A stretch of DNA of 64,000 nucleotides from an uncultured archaeon (GTDB lineage: Archaea > Asgardarchaeota > Lokiarchaeia > Sigyniarchaeales > SOKP01), in assembly GCA_964435435.1 (NCBI GenBank), contig CAYSZJ010000004.1, positions 66 through 64,065 of the forward strand, written 5' to 3'. Made by a program: the position numbers and the translations under genes. Below, piece by piece: positions 18,573 through 29,900 of the stretch (its first letter is position 1; each line of letters opens with the position of its first letter). Under the pieces are notes generated by a model that was not told the DNA's origin, made no database searches, and saw nothing but the letters and a program-made list of their open reading frames with translations.

Positions 18573-19928
18573 TTATTTTTTTTTTGTTAAAAATGCTATC
18601 AAAAGATGTGCTCCTAATCCTATCGCCCATCCTCCTAATGCAATCGCGCTTGAAAGAAATTCTGGATAATATATCATATTAACGGTAATCAATAACGGTA
18701 TACCGCCTATATAAGCAGCAGTATGAAGAACGGCAGTCCACATTAGAAAACCAGTGATGTTTCTCAACACTACAACATAGATACCACCATGGACTAATAA
18801 CCCGATCAACCATCCCAATGCTATCATGACTAACAAAAGTAAATTAACACCATAAATCCCAAATTCGATACCTAAAAGAAGGATTCCAACGATATATATA
18901 AAAATGTGGGCTATAAATGACCAGTTCCAGAATATTAACCAATTAGCAAGTTTTTGATATTCATAATCCTCAAGATCTTTTCTATATCGACTTTTAACTT
19001 TTTCGAAGACAGGTGGTTTAATTTTATTCCATTTTACAGTAATTAGAGCATGAATAGCAACAAAGATTCCCCATAAAATGACCGGGATATGCCACCAGAA
19101 TATGTCATGCTCTGGTCCAGGTTCTTGTAAGAAAGCCCATTGTTCATAAAGCCCCCAGGCGGCATATCCAACATAACCTATTATATGTACTATTAATCCT
19201 TTCATCTCCGGTTTTAAAGTTTCATTGTAAGTGAAAAGATAATACCCCACTAAGTGAACAATAAAGAAAATCCCCCATCCAAGGGAGGTCCTAATTAGTT
19301 CTCCTAGGTGAACATCATATATCGTTCTGGTAGTATACATTATGATATTAACTACAACAAAGTATGTGATGTGTGTCAGTAAGATCACAAATCCTATGAT
19401 TCTTTTAGTTGTAAGATCTTTTAGTCTTTTTTCTGAGTAATCTGGATATTTTTGACCGAATTTTGTCATTTGTTTTTCGAAAGATATATCCCAAGCAAAG
19501 AATCCATATGCATGGAAACCAAAAGCTATACCCCACATTGATAATGGCCAATAAAACCAAATTAAGCCCTGAGTTGTCGTGAGATCAAGGATAATCATAA
19601 AAACATTAATAGAACAATAGAACCACGCATGAAAAATGAATAAAATTTTGAAGGGAGCTTGCCTCCTGATATCGGACAGAAATTTAACTTTGTCGTTAAA
19701 CATCAAATATACTAAAGCATGAAAACCTATACCAAAACCCCAACCAAACATCGGAAAAAATGGTGTGAAGTAAAGAACTTCGGCTTGTGGTAAAGTTACC
19801 GCCCAAATTAGTATAAGTAAGAGGGATACTGCTACATATGCGAACAGATGTAAGAAAAAAAGTATTCTATGTGATAGTAGTTTTACTAAACCTGATAATT
19901 CTTCGTTTTGACTCATATTTATCTCCAC
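18573..19928 (-). CDS. Membrane protein built from repeated 2TM-type units
   Basis: 451 aa. The pattern F-x-x-H-x-x-x-Y/F recurs at the start of helix pairs ('FLHLFAYVAV', 'FHALVYLMF', 'FIFHAWFYCS', 'FGFHAYGFFAW', 'LTHITYFVVV', 'IVHLVGYYLF', 'AIHALITV', 'IAHIFIYIVG', 'LVHGGIYVVV'). Confidence 0.55.
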   Translation of the reverse strand: MEINMSQNEELSGLVKLLSHRILFFLHLFAYVAVSLLLILIWAVTLPQAEVLYFTPFFPMFGWGFGIGFHALVYLMFNDKVKFLSDIRRQAPFKILFIFHAWFYCSINVFMIILDLTTTQGLIWFYWPLSMWGIAFGFHAYGFFAWDISFEKQMTKFGQKYPDYSEKRLKDLTTKRIIGFVILLTHITYFVVVNIIMYTTRTIYDVHLGELIRTSLGWGIFFIVHLVGYYLFTYNETLKPEMKGLIVHIIGYVGYAAWGLYEQWAFLQEPGPEHDIFWWHIPVILWGIFVAIHALITVKWNKIKPPVFEKVKSRYRKDLEDYEYQKLANWLIFWNWSFIAHIFIYIVGILLLGIEFGIYGVNLLLLVMIALGWLIGLLVHGGIYVVVLRNITGFLMWTAVLHTAAYIGGIPLLITVNMIYYPEFLSSAIALGGWAIGLGAHLLIAFLTKKK

Positions 19929-20153
19929 TTTAATTTTTAAATGTCAGTAAACGTTAAAATTTTTATTTAGATTTTATTAAAAATCTTTTTTATTTTATAT
20001 TACTTTCATTTATAAAAGATAAGAGAGTAGAATTTGCGCTTTTTCTATTTAATCTTTGATACTTATAAGAGATTGAATATTTTTTTTCTCCAATTTAGTA
20101 TATAAATTTAAAAAAAAGAATAATGAGATATTAGAAAAAACTAAAAAATGGAA

Positions 20154-20903
20154 TTATTTATCTAACAATGCACTCATACTCTTGACAATACTATCTATTT
20201 CGGTGTCAAAAGCTTTAACTTGATCGAAAAAAATGTTGTTTACCTGTAACAATTGATTGATGACAAATTCTGGAGATTGAATAATCTGTTTTGCCATATT
20301 AATTGCCCCATCTAAAACTTCACCTTGCTCCACTAATCTGTTTATAATATTTAATCGATATGCTTCTTCAGCAGTGAGAAAAGTTTCCTGTGTTCCAGTA
20401 TTCAAAGCAATTTCAATAGCCTTACCACGCCCTACAAGAGCCATATAGGGGAAAAATAGTGGACAGGCTCCAAATCTTATTTCAGGATGACCAAATAAAG
20501 CAGTTTTTGACGCAACACGTAGATGGCAAATAACCGCAAGGTCAAAAGCACCTGCTAAGGCAAATCCATTCACAGCAGCTATTAATACCTTTGGAAAATC
20601 AAAAATCTTTTGATGAAAAAGGTGATTGGAATCTATGAATTGCTGATAATCTCCATTACCTTGAATAACAGCTTGAACCTCGTCTCTATCAAACCCAGCA
20701 GAGAAAAATTCTTCTCCTCCATAAAAAATTACAGCTTTAACTCGTTTTTCTTCCTTAAGAGTTTCTAATGCATCTATAATCTCCGTTCTCATGGCTTTGC
20801 TTAAAGCATTTTTCTTTTCCGGTCGATTAAACTTAATTATCGAGACTTTACCTTTTTTCTCGATTTTGATAAATTGATATTTTTTATTTTCCATATCATT
20901 CAA
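20154..20903 (-). CDS. Enoyl-CoA hydratase/isomerase (crotonase) family
   Basis: 249 aa. 'FNRPEKKNALS', 'FSAGFD' and 'AAVNGFALAGAFDLAVICHLRVA' are canonical crotonase oxyanion-hole segments. Confidence 0.85.
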   Translation of the reverse strand: MNDMENKKYQFIKIEKKGKVSIIKFNRPEKKNALSKAMRTEIIDALETLKEEKRVKAVIFYGGEEFFSAGFDRDEVQAVIQGNGDYQQFIDSNHLFHQKIFDFPKVLIAAVNGFALAGAFDLAVICHLRVASKTALFGHPEIRFGACPLFFPYMALVGRGKAIEIALNTGTQETFLTAEEAYRLNIINRLVEQGEVLDGAINMAKQIIQSPEFVINQLLQVNNIFFDQVKAFDTEIDSIVKSMSALLDK

Positions 20904-21008
20904 CTTAATTATTTTTATTTTTAATTATTTTAAATTTAGATAAGAAGCTTTAAATTTATTATATTTTATCTAAAAATAAAAAAATTTTTCAAATTTTATA
21001 TCTTTATT

Positions 21009-21251
21009 ATGAGACCTCCTATATGTAGGATATGTGATAAGAAATTAGCAGATTTGAATGGTGGTGGTTTAATATGTTTTAAAAAAAGCCTTTCGGATAT
21101 TGAATGGGAAAAAAAGATGGAAGAAATTGGAGGAGTAGGACATCCCCCCTATGCAGAATGGTTCTGCAAAAAACATTATAATAAAGCATATGAGTTAAAA
21201 CACTTGCTAATTGTTGAAGCTATAAAAATTTTAAGGTTTGAAAGGACCTAA
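21009..21251 (+). CDS. Small Cys-containing (zinc-ribbon-like) hypothetical protein
   Basis: 80-aa ORF with 'CRICDKK ... WFCKKHY'. Its 3' end overlaps the convergent mvhD by 21 nt. Weak support. Confidence 0.35.
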   Translation: MRPPICRICDKKLADLNGGGLICFKKSLSDIEWEKKMEEIGGVGHPPYAEWFCKKHYNKAYELKHLLIVEAIKILRFERT

Positions 21252-21677
21252 TTCTTTAATTTGATTAGTAAATTCTGTGATTACTTCAGCAAATCTCTTC
21301 CCTTCAGATGCACTGACCCATTCTAAACGCACTCTTTTTGGATCTACTCCTAATTGCTTAATCAGAATATTATGTAATCTTTCGAACCGTTCCTGTGTAT
21401 ATTCATTTCCAGTAATATAATGACAATCTCCAATATGGCAACCACTTACAAGAACTCCATCAGCGCCATTTTTTAAAGCTTTTAGCACAAATGATGGATC
21501 TACTCTTCCAGAGCACATTACCCTTATGATTCGAATATTCGGAGGGTATTGAAATCGTGAGACTCCTGCTAAATCTGCTCCTGCATAACTACACCAGTTA
21601 CAGCAAAATACTAAAATTTTAGGTTCGAATTCTTCTTTTATTACTTTTTTTCTTGATCGCGACATCTTCTTATTCAC
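21231..21677 (-). CDS. mvhD: MvhD-type [2Fe-2S] electron-transfer subunit (methyl-viologen-reducing hydrogenase delta subunit family), Cys form
   Basis: 148 aa. 'FCCNWCSYAGADLAGVSRFQYP', 'VMCSGRVDP', 'SGCHIGDCHY'. Overlaps the hdrA stop by 8 nt. Confidence 0.9.
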   Translation of the reverse strand: MNKKMSRSRKKVIKEEFEPKILVFCCNWCSYAGADLAGVSRFQYPPNIRIIRVMCSGRVDPSFVLKALKNGADGVLVSGCHIGDCHYITGNEYTQERFERLHNILIKQLGVDPKRVRLEWVSASEGKRFAEVITEFTNQIKELGPFKP

Positions 21678-24600
21678 CTTTAGAATTAATTTTTGCTTTT
21701 TCTAATAAATAGGAATCAATCATTGTATTGATCTGGTCAAAATCATAATGTTTTACTATTATTGCACCCACAGGACAAGTTGCAGCACAAGTTCCACAAC
21801 CCTTGCAAACAGCTGCAATTATATTCGATTTTTTAACTGTGATGCTTAGATCTTCAAATTCTTTCGTTATTTCTGTAAGCTCTATTGCTTTATAAGGGCA
21901 AACTTCCTCACATTTACCACATCCTATACACTTTTCTTCTAAAACTTCAGCTACTAATCCAGATGTGGTAATTTTATCAGCACTTAAAAATCTACTCGCT
22001 CTGCCTGCTGCACCATTTGCTTGTGATATTGAATCTTGGATATTTTTGGGCCATTGAGCACATCCACATAAGAAAATTCCATCTGTAGCAAAATCTAAGG
22101 GTCTTAATTTAACATGAGCTTCTAAGAAGAAACCATTTTTATCCAACGGGACTTTAAGCATCATTGCTAATTCTTTAAGATTATCTGCCGGAATCATAGG
22201 TGTTGAAAGTATTACCAAATCTGTTTCAAATTCAATATTATCTTTTAAATTTGTATCAAATACTTTTATCTCAAATTTTTCTGGGCTTCCTTTTTTCTTT
22301 TTTACTGTTGGTAGATTATCTAGGTCATATCTTAGAAAAATTGCATCTTTTCTACGTTCTCGATAATACGCCTCAAATTCTTTCTTAGCCATTTGCAAAT
22401 CCCTATAAATCACAACTATTTCTAACTCAGGTTTCATTTCTTTTAAGATTCTAATATTTTTAATTGAATTCGCGCAACATATATTAGAGCAGTAAGTAAT
22501 TCCTTCAGTTTGTCTAGCATTTACGCATAAAATCATTGTTATTCGATTTATATTTTCTAACCATGATTTATCCTTGCTTTTTAATTTCTGTTCTAACTCC
22601 AATTGGGTGATTACATTATCATTTTTATCGTTATAGCCAAAAAGGCCATTAGGTTTATACTCTTGACCGCCAGTAGCAACTATAATAGTTCCAATTTTTA
22701 ACTCATGGATTTCGTTATTTGAATCATTTAACATCACGTCATAATTTCCAACATACCCTTTAACATTCTTAATTTCAGCATTAAAAAAGGTTTGGATGTT
22801 ATTGTTTTTCTGTATCTTTTCTTTTGTTTCATTTAATAAATCTAACGCATTTTTATGAACTGGATACAATACATTCAGAAATCTTAGGTTTCCCCCTAAT
22901 TCACTTTCTTTTTCAACAATAATAGTTTTAAATCCTTGATTAGCAGTATTTAATGCAGCAGTCATTCCCGAAATACCTCCACCAATAATTAATGCTGTGT
23001 GTGTAATCTCTATTTTATCTTCCCTCTGTGGTTTTAATAATCTTGATTTAGCAACATGCATTCGAATTAAATCTATGGCTTTTTCTGTAGCTGCTTCTTT
23101 TTCTTTCATATGAACCCATGAACATTGATCTCGAATATTTACAAGTTCAAAGAGATATTTGTTTAAACCCGCTTCTTGACAAGTTTCTTGAAATAGTGAT
23201 TCATGGGTTCTAGGAGTACAGGACGCAACAATAAATCTATTTAAATTATATTCATCAATTAATTCCTTAATCCTTACTTGAGAATCAGGTGAACAAGAGT
23301 ATAGATTATCTTCACACACCACTACATTTGGGAGGTTTTTTACATATTCTACAACTTTAGGGACATCTACATAATTTCCTATATTAATTCCACAATGACA
23401 AACCATTACACCTATTCTTGGTTCATCTGTAATTTTAGCCTCTTTTTCTGGTATATCAAATATTTTCTCTTTCATTTGAGTGAATTTAACAGAATTTAAT
23501 AAATCGGCAATTTGCGCAGCCACCCCACTGGCATCTGCAACTGTCTCAGGGATGTCCATTGGTCCTTGACAGAATCCACACAAGTAAACTCCGTCTCTTG
23601 TGGACTTTAATTTATTAAAATATGATTTTTCTTGGAAGAAATTGTATTTATCCAATTTAATACCTAAAGCTTCTCCTAATTCATTAACTCCTTTTGACGG
23701 AACTAAAGGTGAAGCTAGAACCACTAAATTTGCACGGAAATCCTTAAATTCACCTGTCTTTAAATCTTCATAGTGTATGATTAAATCATTTGTTTCTGGA
23801 TCTTCTTCAATAGTACTAATCTTAGATTGAAAGTATTTAACGCCATATTCTTCTTGTGCTCTTCGCGTGAATTCGTAAAAGTTTTTACCATACGCGCGAA
23901 TATCATGCCGAAATATATAACATTTAGAATTTTCAGAATGCTCTTGAGTAATAATTGCTTGTTTTGCAGTGTATGTGCAACAAACACTAGAACAAAAAGG
24001 TACGTTTTCATGAAGATCTCTAGAACCCGCACATTGAACGAAAGCGATTACTTCAGGTTCTTCATCATCACTTAATCTCTTAACATGCCCACCAAATGGT
24101 CCAGATGCGCATAATATTCTTTCATATTCAAGAGCACTTACAACATTTTCGTATCGATAACCCCATCTAGAAGATAATTTTTCTACAGGCATCTCAAAAC
24201 CTGTAGCAACTACCACAGCTCCAACTTTAATCTCAAATTCTTGAGACTTCTGCTCAAAATCTATAGCATCAGCAGAACAAGATTTTTTACATACTTGACA
24301 TACACCCTTCGTTAAATATAAACACATTTCTGGATCAATTAAATAAATAGGTGGTACTGCTTGAGGAAAAGGAATATATATGGATTTTCTTGCACCAATA
24401 TTCATTTCAAAAGGATTTGGAGCCATTATTTTTGGGCACTTGTTTGAACATTCTCCACATCCCATACACTTTGTCTCATCAATATATCTAGGTTTTTTTA
24501 GGATTTTAGCAGTAAAACTTCCAGGTTCTCCATCAATTTTAAGAACTTCATGATAAGTCATTAATTCAATATTAGGATTACGATAGACTTCAACCATTTT

Positions 24601-24780
24601 AGGAGCAAGGATGCATAATGAACAATCTAAAGTTGGAAAAGTTTTATCTAATTGAGCCATTCTTCCTCCAATTGAGGGTGACTTCTCTACTAAGTAGGCT
24701 TTAAATCCTAATTCTGTTAGATCAAGAGAAATCTGAATTCCTGCTATTCCTCCTCCAATTACTAAAACTGAACCTTCCAT
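21670..24780 (-). CDS. hdrA: Long double-module HdrA-like flavoprotein (heterodisulfide reductase subunit A family), Cys form
   Basis: 1036 aa. Module 1: 'VIGGGIAGIQ', 'FPTLDCSLCILAPK' and an inserted 2x[4Fe-4S] ferredoxin 'CMGCGECSNKCP / CQVCKKSC'. Module 2: the canonical HdrA N-domain 'VMVCHCGINIG ... ASCTPRTHE ... VNIRDQCSW', a second FAD motif 'IIGGGISGM', and a C-terminal ferredoxin 'CIGCGKCEEVCP / CKGCGTCAATCP'. Confidence 0.9.
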   Translation of the reverse strand: MEGSVLVIGGGIAGIQISLDLTELGFKAYLVEKSPSIGGRMAQLDKTFPTLDCSLCILAPKMVEVYRNPNIELMTYHEVLKIDGEPGSFTAKILKKPRYIDETKCMGCGECSNKCPKIMAPNPFEMNIGARKSIYIPFPQAVPPIYLIDPEMCLYLTKGVCQVCKKSCSADAIDFEQKSQEFEIKVGAVVVATGFEMPVEKLSSRWGYRYENVVSALEYERILCASGPFGGHVKRLSDDEEPEVIAFVQCAGSRDLHENVPFCSSVCCTYTAKQAIITQEHSENSKCYIFRHDIRAYGKNFYEFTRRAQEEYGVKYFQSKISTIEEDPETNDLIIHYEDLKTGEFKDFRANLVVLASPLVPSKGVNELGEALGIKLDKYNFFQEKSYFNKLKSTRDGVYLCGFCQGPMDIPETVADASGVAAQIADLLNSVKFTQMKEKIFDIPEKEAKITDEPRIGVMVCHCGINIGNYVDVPKVVEYVKNLPNVVVCEDNLYSCSPDSQVRIKELIDEYNLNRFIVASCTPRTHESLFQETCQEAGLNKYLFELVNIRDQCSWVHMKEKEAATEKAIDLIRMHVAKSRLLKPQREDKIEITHTALIIGGGISGMTAALNTANQGFKTIIVEKESELGGNLRFLNVLYPVHKNALDLLNETKEKIQKNNNIQTFFNAEIKNVKGYVGNYDVMLNDSNNEIHELKIGTIIVATGGQEYKPNGLFGYNDKNDNVITQLELEQKLKSKDKSWLENINRITMILCVNARQTEGITYCSNICCANSIKNIRILKEMKPELEIVVIYRDLQMAKKEFEAYYRERRKDAIFLRYDLDNLPTVKKKKGSPEKFEIKVFDTNLKDNIEFETDLVILSTPMIPADNLKELAMMLKVPLDKNGFFLEAHVKLRPLDFATDGIFLCGCAQWPKNIQDSISQANGAAGRASRFLSADKITTSGLVAEVLEEKCIGCGKCEEVCPYKAIELTEITKEFEDLSITVKKSNIIAAVCKGCGTCAATCPVGAIIVKHYDFDQINTMIDSYLLEKAKINSKGE

Positions 24781-26060
24781 TATTTTACTTCCTCCACTTT
24801 TTCACTTGATTCCACAATAATAATTAAATCCACTAAAAATTCAGAAAAATCTACTATTTCTATTGAAGAGATATCTTCATAATCTTCTTGTAAACATGAT
24901 AAGTGCATTTTACACTTTGGACATGAGGTCACCATTATTTCTCCAGCTTCTTTTGCTTCCAATAGTTTCTTGTAGCGTAAAGCTTTTGAGCGATCATTAC
25001 AATTCATCCAAGAACTCACACCACAGCATAAAGAATCTGTTTTATTATGTGCCATTTCTTTGAATTCATAACCCAAATCTTTTAAATAAGAGAAAATTTC
25101 ACGTACATTTTCTATAATATTACTTTCTTTTGGTAAAAATCTGCTTAGACGACAAGGGTCATGATATGTGAATTGAATAGATTCCATTTTATCACTTGGA
25201 TTTTTAAATTCTATCTTATTTTCTTTCCAATTTTCGTAAATATATTCTATTAAATGTTTAACTTCAAATTTTTTGTTAAAATCCTCAAATAGATTTTGAT
25301 AATCCACTTTAAATGTTCGATAGCATTCAGCACATGCAGTTATTATTGTTGAAATCCCTGCTTTTTCAAATTTATCCAAATTCTTTTTTGCTAAATTGAT
25401 GAAAGCATTAAGCTTCCCCTGACCCCAATATAGGTCATGACCACAACAAATTTCATCTTTAAGGACTACAATTGGTTCTTTTTCAACCTGACAAATGATT
25501 TTTAAGGTGCTTTCTGCTATCGAGTCTGAATTTTTAAATTCAAAATTAAAAAAGGGTAAACATCCAACATAATACATGATATTTCCTTGTTCTGAAATCT
25601 TACATCCTTTGGGGACCCAATCAAGAGATCTATTTGGCTCTATATCACACTCACTCATTATTTCTGAAACTATAGTATATATACCTTTATGAGCAATATA
25701 TTCATCTGGATTTTGATTATAAGATGTCCGCATTTTATATTTTGCCATTCTTACAATATCTGCAAAGTTTATTCCCTCAGGACAATTTTGAAGACATGCA
25801 TTACATGTTAAACAATCCCATAAAACCCCGCTTGTAATAATTTTATCTTCAAATCCCTCTAATATCATTTGAATAATTCTACTAGGTTCAAAAGTTTGAA
25901 CTTTGCTAAGTTGACAAACACCACTACAACGAACACATTGATAACATCGATATAATAATTTTCTTATATCTGGTTCATAAATTTTTTCAATGTAATGTTT
26001 GTTTTCATCACTAGGTTCTTTTGATTCATCGACTTTCTTAATCTCAGTAATAATATTCAC
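24780..26060 (-). CDS. HdrD-like protein: HdrC-type 2x[4Fe-4S] ferredoxin fused to HdrB-type double CCG domain
   Basis: 426 aa. 'CYQCVRCSGVC' and 'CLTCNACLQNCP' are ferredoxin motifs. 'YYVGCLPFF...CCGHDLYW' and 'YHDPCRLSR...CCGVSSW' are CCG domains. Its stop overlaps the hdrA ATG by 1 nt (TAATG). Confidence 0.85.
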   Translation of the reverse strand: MNIITEIKKVDESKEPSDENKHYIEKIYEPDIRKLLYRCYQCVRCSGVCQLSKVQTFEPSRIIQMILEGFEDKIITSGVLWDCLTCNACLQNCPEGINFADIVRMAKYKMRTSYNQNPDEYIAHKGIYTIVSEIMSECDIEPNRSLDWVPKGCKISEQGNIMYYVGCLPFFNFEFKNSDSIAESTLKIICQVEKEPIVVLKDEICCGHDLYWGQGKLNAFINLAKKNLDKFEKAGISTIITACAECYRTFKVDYQNLFEDFNKKFEVKHLIEYIYENWKENKIEFKNPSDKMESIQFTYHDPCRLSRFLPKESNIIENVREIFSYLKDLGYEFKEMAHNKTDSLCCGVSSWMNCNDRSKALRYKKLLEAKEAGEIMVTSCPKCKMHLSCLQEDYEDISSIEIVDFSEFLVDLIIIVESSEKVEEVK

Positions 26061-26307
26061 TTTAGTTGATTAACAGTAGTTTTAACAATTTGAACTTTTA
26101 ATGAATAGATAAAAAATAGAAAGAATTTATTTTTTCTGATTAGGTTTTATAACTCTATTGTCAAACGAGTATTGGATTTTATTATCAGCTGATATGTTCC
26201 AATTCTTCTATTTTGTATTTAATTCTATACTTCCTTTAATTAAGCACTTAAATTTAAAATTATTTACATAGTGAAAAAGCTATGATAAGAATTTAATCAA
26301 ATTAATG

Positions 26308-26808
26308 TTAATAAACAGAAAAAGTCTCTAATGCCTTTATAGTAATTATTTTAATTACAATCAATAAAATCGATAATAATCCCCAATAAAAACCAGGTAA
26401 TATTTGTGTACTTGTATGAGATTCCCAAATATAATAATATTCTTCTCCTGTCCAGATGTATACTAGCTTAGGTATAATAAGGCAAACTAACAAACCTAAA
26501 GTCATCAATACTAAACTAAAATAATATAGGTTTGAACTATCAAAATTTCTATATAAAATAAATTGAGTAAATACACCCTGTAAAAAGAAAATAGATAAAA
26601 CTATATTAACAGATATCCCAAGAATACTATTGTAAGGATAATTAAATATACCATAATTCCAGACTATTTTGAAAGGATCGGAATTTTCAAATTCCTGAAG
26701 ATACCATATTACTTGAAAAATTCCAAATAAAATAGTTAGAATAGCGCTAAGAAGAATGAACGAATTGAAAATTAATTTAATTATTATAGATTTTTTTGAA
26801 TGTTCCAT
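26308..26808 (-). CDS. Small multi-pass membrane protein, unknown function
   Basis: 166-aa ORF with about 5 hydrophobic helices, 129 nt downstream of the orphan hdrA. Confidence 0.45.
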   Translation of the reverse strand: MEHSKKSIIIKLIFNSFILLSAILTILFGIFQVIWYLQEFENSDPFKIVWNYGIFNYPYNSILGISVNIVLSIFFLQGVFTQFILYRNFDSSNLYYFSLVLMTLGLLVCLIIPKLVYIWTGEEYYYIWESHTSTQILPGFYWGLLSILLIVIKIITIKALETFSVY

Positions 26809-26937
26809 TGTTTTTGATATTTAAGTCAAATAATAATATGATTATAAATTCAAAAGTATAATTTAAATGTAATTAAAACTCTATTATCAAATGTGAAAGT
26901 GTAAGGTTAGGTGCGTCAAATTCTTTTTAATATAATC

Positions 26938-29900
26938 TTATATTGCTAGCGTCTTAATCATAGCATTAATTTGTTCAAAATCATAGTGTTTTATAGAAAT
27001 TGCCCCAACTGGACAATTTACAGCACATGTTCCACATCCTTTACACAGTCCTGAATTTACAGAAGATTTCTTTATCGGTAGACTCACTTCTTCAAATTCT
27101 TTCATAACTTGTATAAGTTCTATTGCATTATAAGAACATGCTTCTTCACATGTTCCACAACCAATGCATAAATCTGAATCTACTTCTGCTATTAATCCAG
27201 AAGTGATAATTTCCTTTGCACTTAAAAATCTACTTGCTCTCCCTGCAGCACCATTTGCTTGTGATATTGAATCTTGTATATTTTTAGGCCATTGAGCACA
27301 TCCACATAAAAAAATCCCATCAGTGGCAAAATCTAATGGTCTTAATTTAACATGAGCCTCGAGAAAAAAACCATTTTTGTCTAGAGGAACCTTGAGCATC
27401 TTTGCTAGCTCATCTAAATTGTCAGCTGGAATCATAGGTGTCGATAATACTATTAAATCTGTTTCAAATTTGATATTATCTTGTAAATTGGTATCAAAAA
27501 CTTTAATTTCGAACTTACTTGTTCCACTATTGCTCTCTTTAATTGTAGGGGGCGCATCTAAATCGTACCTCAAAAAAATAGCATCTTTTCTTCGTTCACG
27601 ATAATAACTTTCGAATTCTTTCTTTGCCATCTGAAGATCTCTATAGAGAACTATTAATTTGAGGTCGTGCTTTAATTCTTTTAGGATGTTAATATTCTTT
27701 ATAGCACTTTCACAACATATATTTGAACAATATGTTATCCCTTTCTCTTGTCTAGCGTTCACACATAATAGGGTAGTAATATGATTAAGTTTATCTAACC
27801 ATGATTTATCTTCATCCTTTAATTTCTGTTCTAGTTGTAATTGTGTAATTACGTTGTGGTTCGTATATCTATATTCAAAAAATTCATTAGGTTTTAATTC
27901 TTGTCCTCCAGTGGCAACAATAATAGTACCAATTTTTAACTCATGAATCTTATTATCTGAATCAATAAGTGAAACATTATAATTACCAATATAGCCTTTA
28001 ACATCTTTTAAGTTAGAATTTAAAAAGATATGAATGTTCTTATTCTGGTCAACTTTTTCTATGGTTTCGTTTAGTAAGATTGAAGCATCCTCTTGAGTAG
28101 GATAAAGCATATTTAAGAATCTTAAATTTCCACCTAAGTATTTTTCTTTTTCTATAAGATAAACATTAAATCCTTGATTAGCTATATTTAATGCAGCAGT
28201 CATCCCAGATATACCCCCTCCAATGACCAATGCAGTTTGAGTGATTTTCAATTTCATTTCTTCTTGTGGTTTTAATAATCTTGATTTAGCAACACCCATT
28301 CTTATTAAATCAATTGCTTTTTCCGTAGCAAGCTCCTTTTCTGTCATATGTACCCATGAACATTGATCACGGATATTCACCATTTCAAATAAATACTTAT
28401 TTAAACCAGCTTCTTGACATGTCTCCTGAAATAAAGATTCATGTGTTCTTGGCGTACAAGAAGCTACAATAAATCTATTTAAATTATATTCCTTTATTAC
28501 TTCTTTAATTCGTTCTTGAGAATCAGAACTACAAGAATATAAGTTATCTTCACAAAAAACTACATTAGGCAACCCTTTTATGTGTTCTATAACTTGAGGA
28601 ATATCAATATATTTTCCGATATTAATACCACAATGACAGATAAGGACTCCAATTCTTGGTATGCCTGTTTCTTTAACTTCTTTTTCAGGTACCTCAATAT
28701 CTCTTTCATTTATTTCTGTAAACTTAAAAGAATTTAGTAAAGTTGCTATCTGTGAAGCCACTCCACTAGCATCAGCCACTGTTTCTGGTATATCCATTGG
28801 ACCTTGACAAAAACCAGCTAAAAAAATACCTTCTTTAGAGGATAAAGATTTAGTAAAATATGATTTCTCTTTAAAGAAATTATAATCATCCAATTCGATA
28901 TCTAAAACTTTAGCTAATTCTTTAGTTCCAGCTGAAGGGACTAGAGGTGTAGCTAATACCACTAGATTTGCGTTAAAGTCCTTAAATTCACCAGTTTTTA
29001 AATCTTCATAATGAATTACTAAATCATTCATTTCTGGATCTTCTATTATTCTACTAATTTTAGTCTGGAAATATTTTACTCCATATTCTTCTTGAGCTCT
29101 TTGGGTAAACTCATAAAAATTTTTGCCATAAGCTCTAACATCATGCCTAAATACAAAACACTTTGAGTTTTCAGAATGTTCTTTCGTAATGATGGCTTCT
29201 TTGGCAGTATACATGCAACACACACTAGAACAATAGGGAATTCCCTCACGTATATCCCTTGAGCCCGCACATTGAATAAATGCAATTATTTCTGGCTCAT
29301 TCTCATCGCTAGGTCGTAAAATATGTCCCCCAAAGGGTCCAGAAGCCGATAACATTCGTTCATATTCTAAAGCACTTACTACATTTTTATAATTATAGCC
29401 CCATCTTGAGGTTAACTCTTCTCCTAACACATCATATCCAGTTGCAACAACGATAGCACCAACGTTTAATTTGATTTCTTGAGGTTTTTGTTCATAATCT
29501 ATTGCTTCTGCCTTACATACTTTCTCACACACCCCACATACTCCCTTAGTGAGTTTTAAGCACAATTCAGGGTCAATTAAATATATAGGAGGAACTGCTT
29601 GAGGAAAAGGAATGTAAACAGACTTTCTTTTACCTAGATTCATATCAAAGATGTTAGGAAATTCAATCTTAGGACAACTAACAGCACAGTCACCACATCC
29701 TTTACATTTAGTCTCATCAATATAACGAGGTTTCTTTAGGACTGAAACCACAAAATTTCCTGGCTTTCCTGAAACTTTTTGAACTTCATGATAAGTCATT
29801 AATTCAATGTTAGGATTTCTAAATACTTCTACCATTTTAGGGGCAAGAATACATAAACTACAATCGTTTGTAGGAAAGGTTTTATCAAGTTGAGCCATTC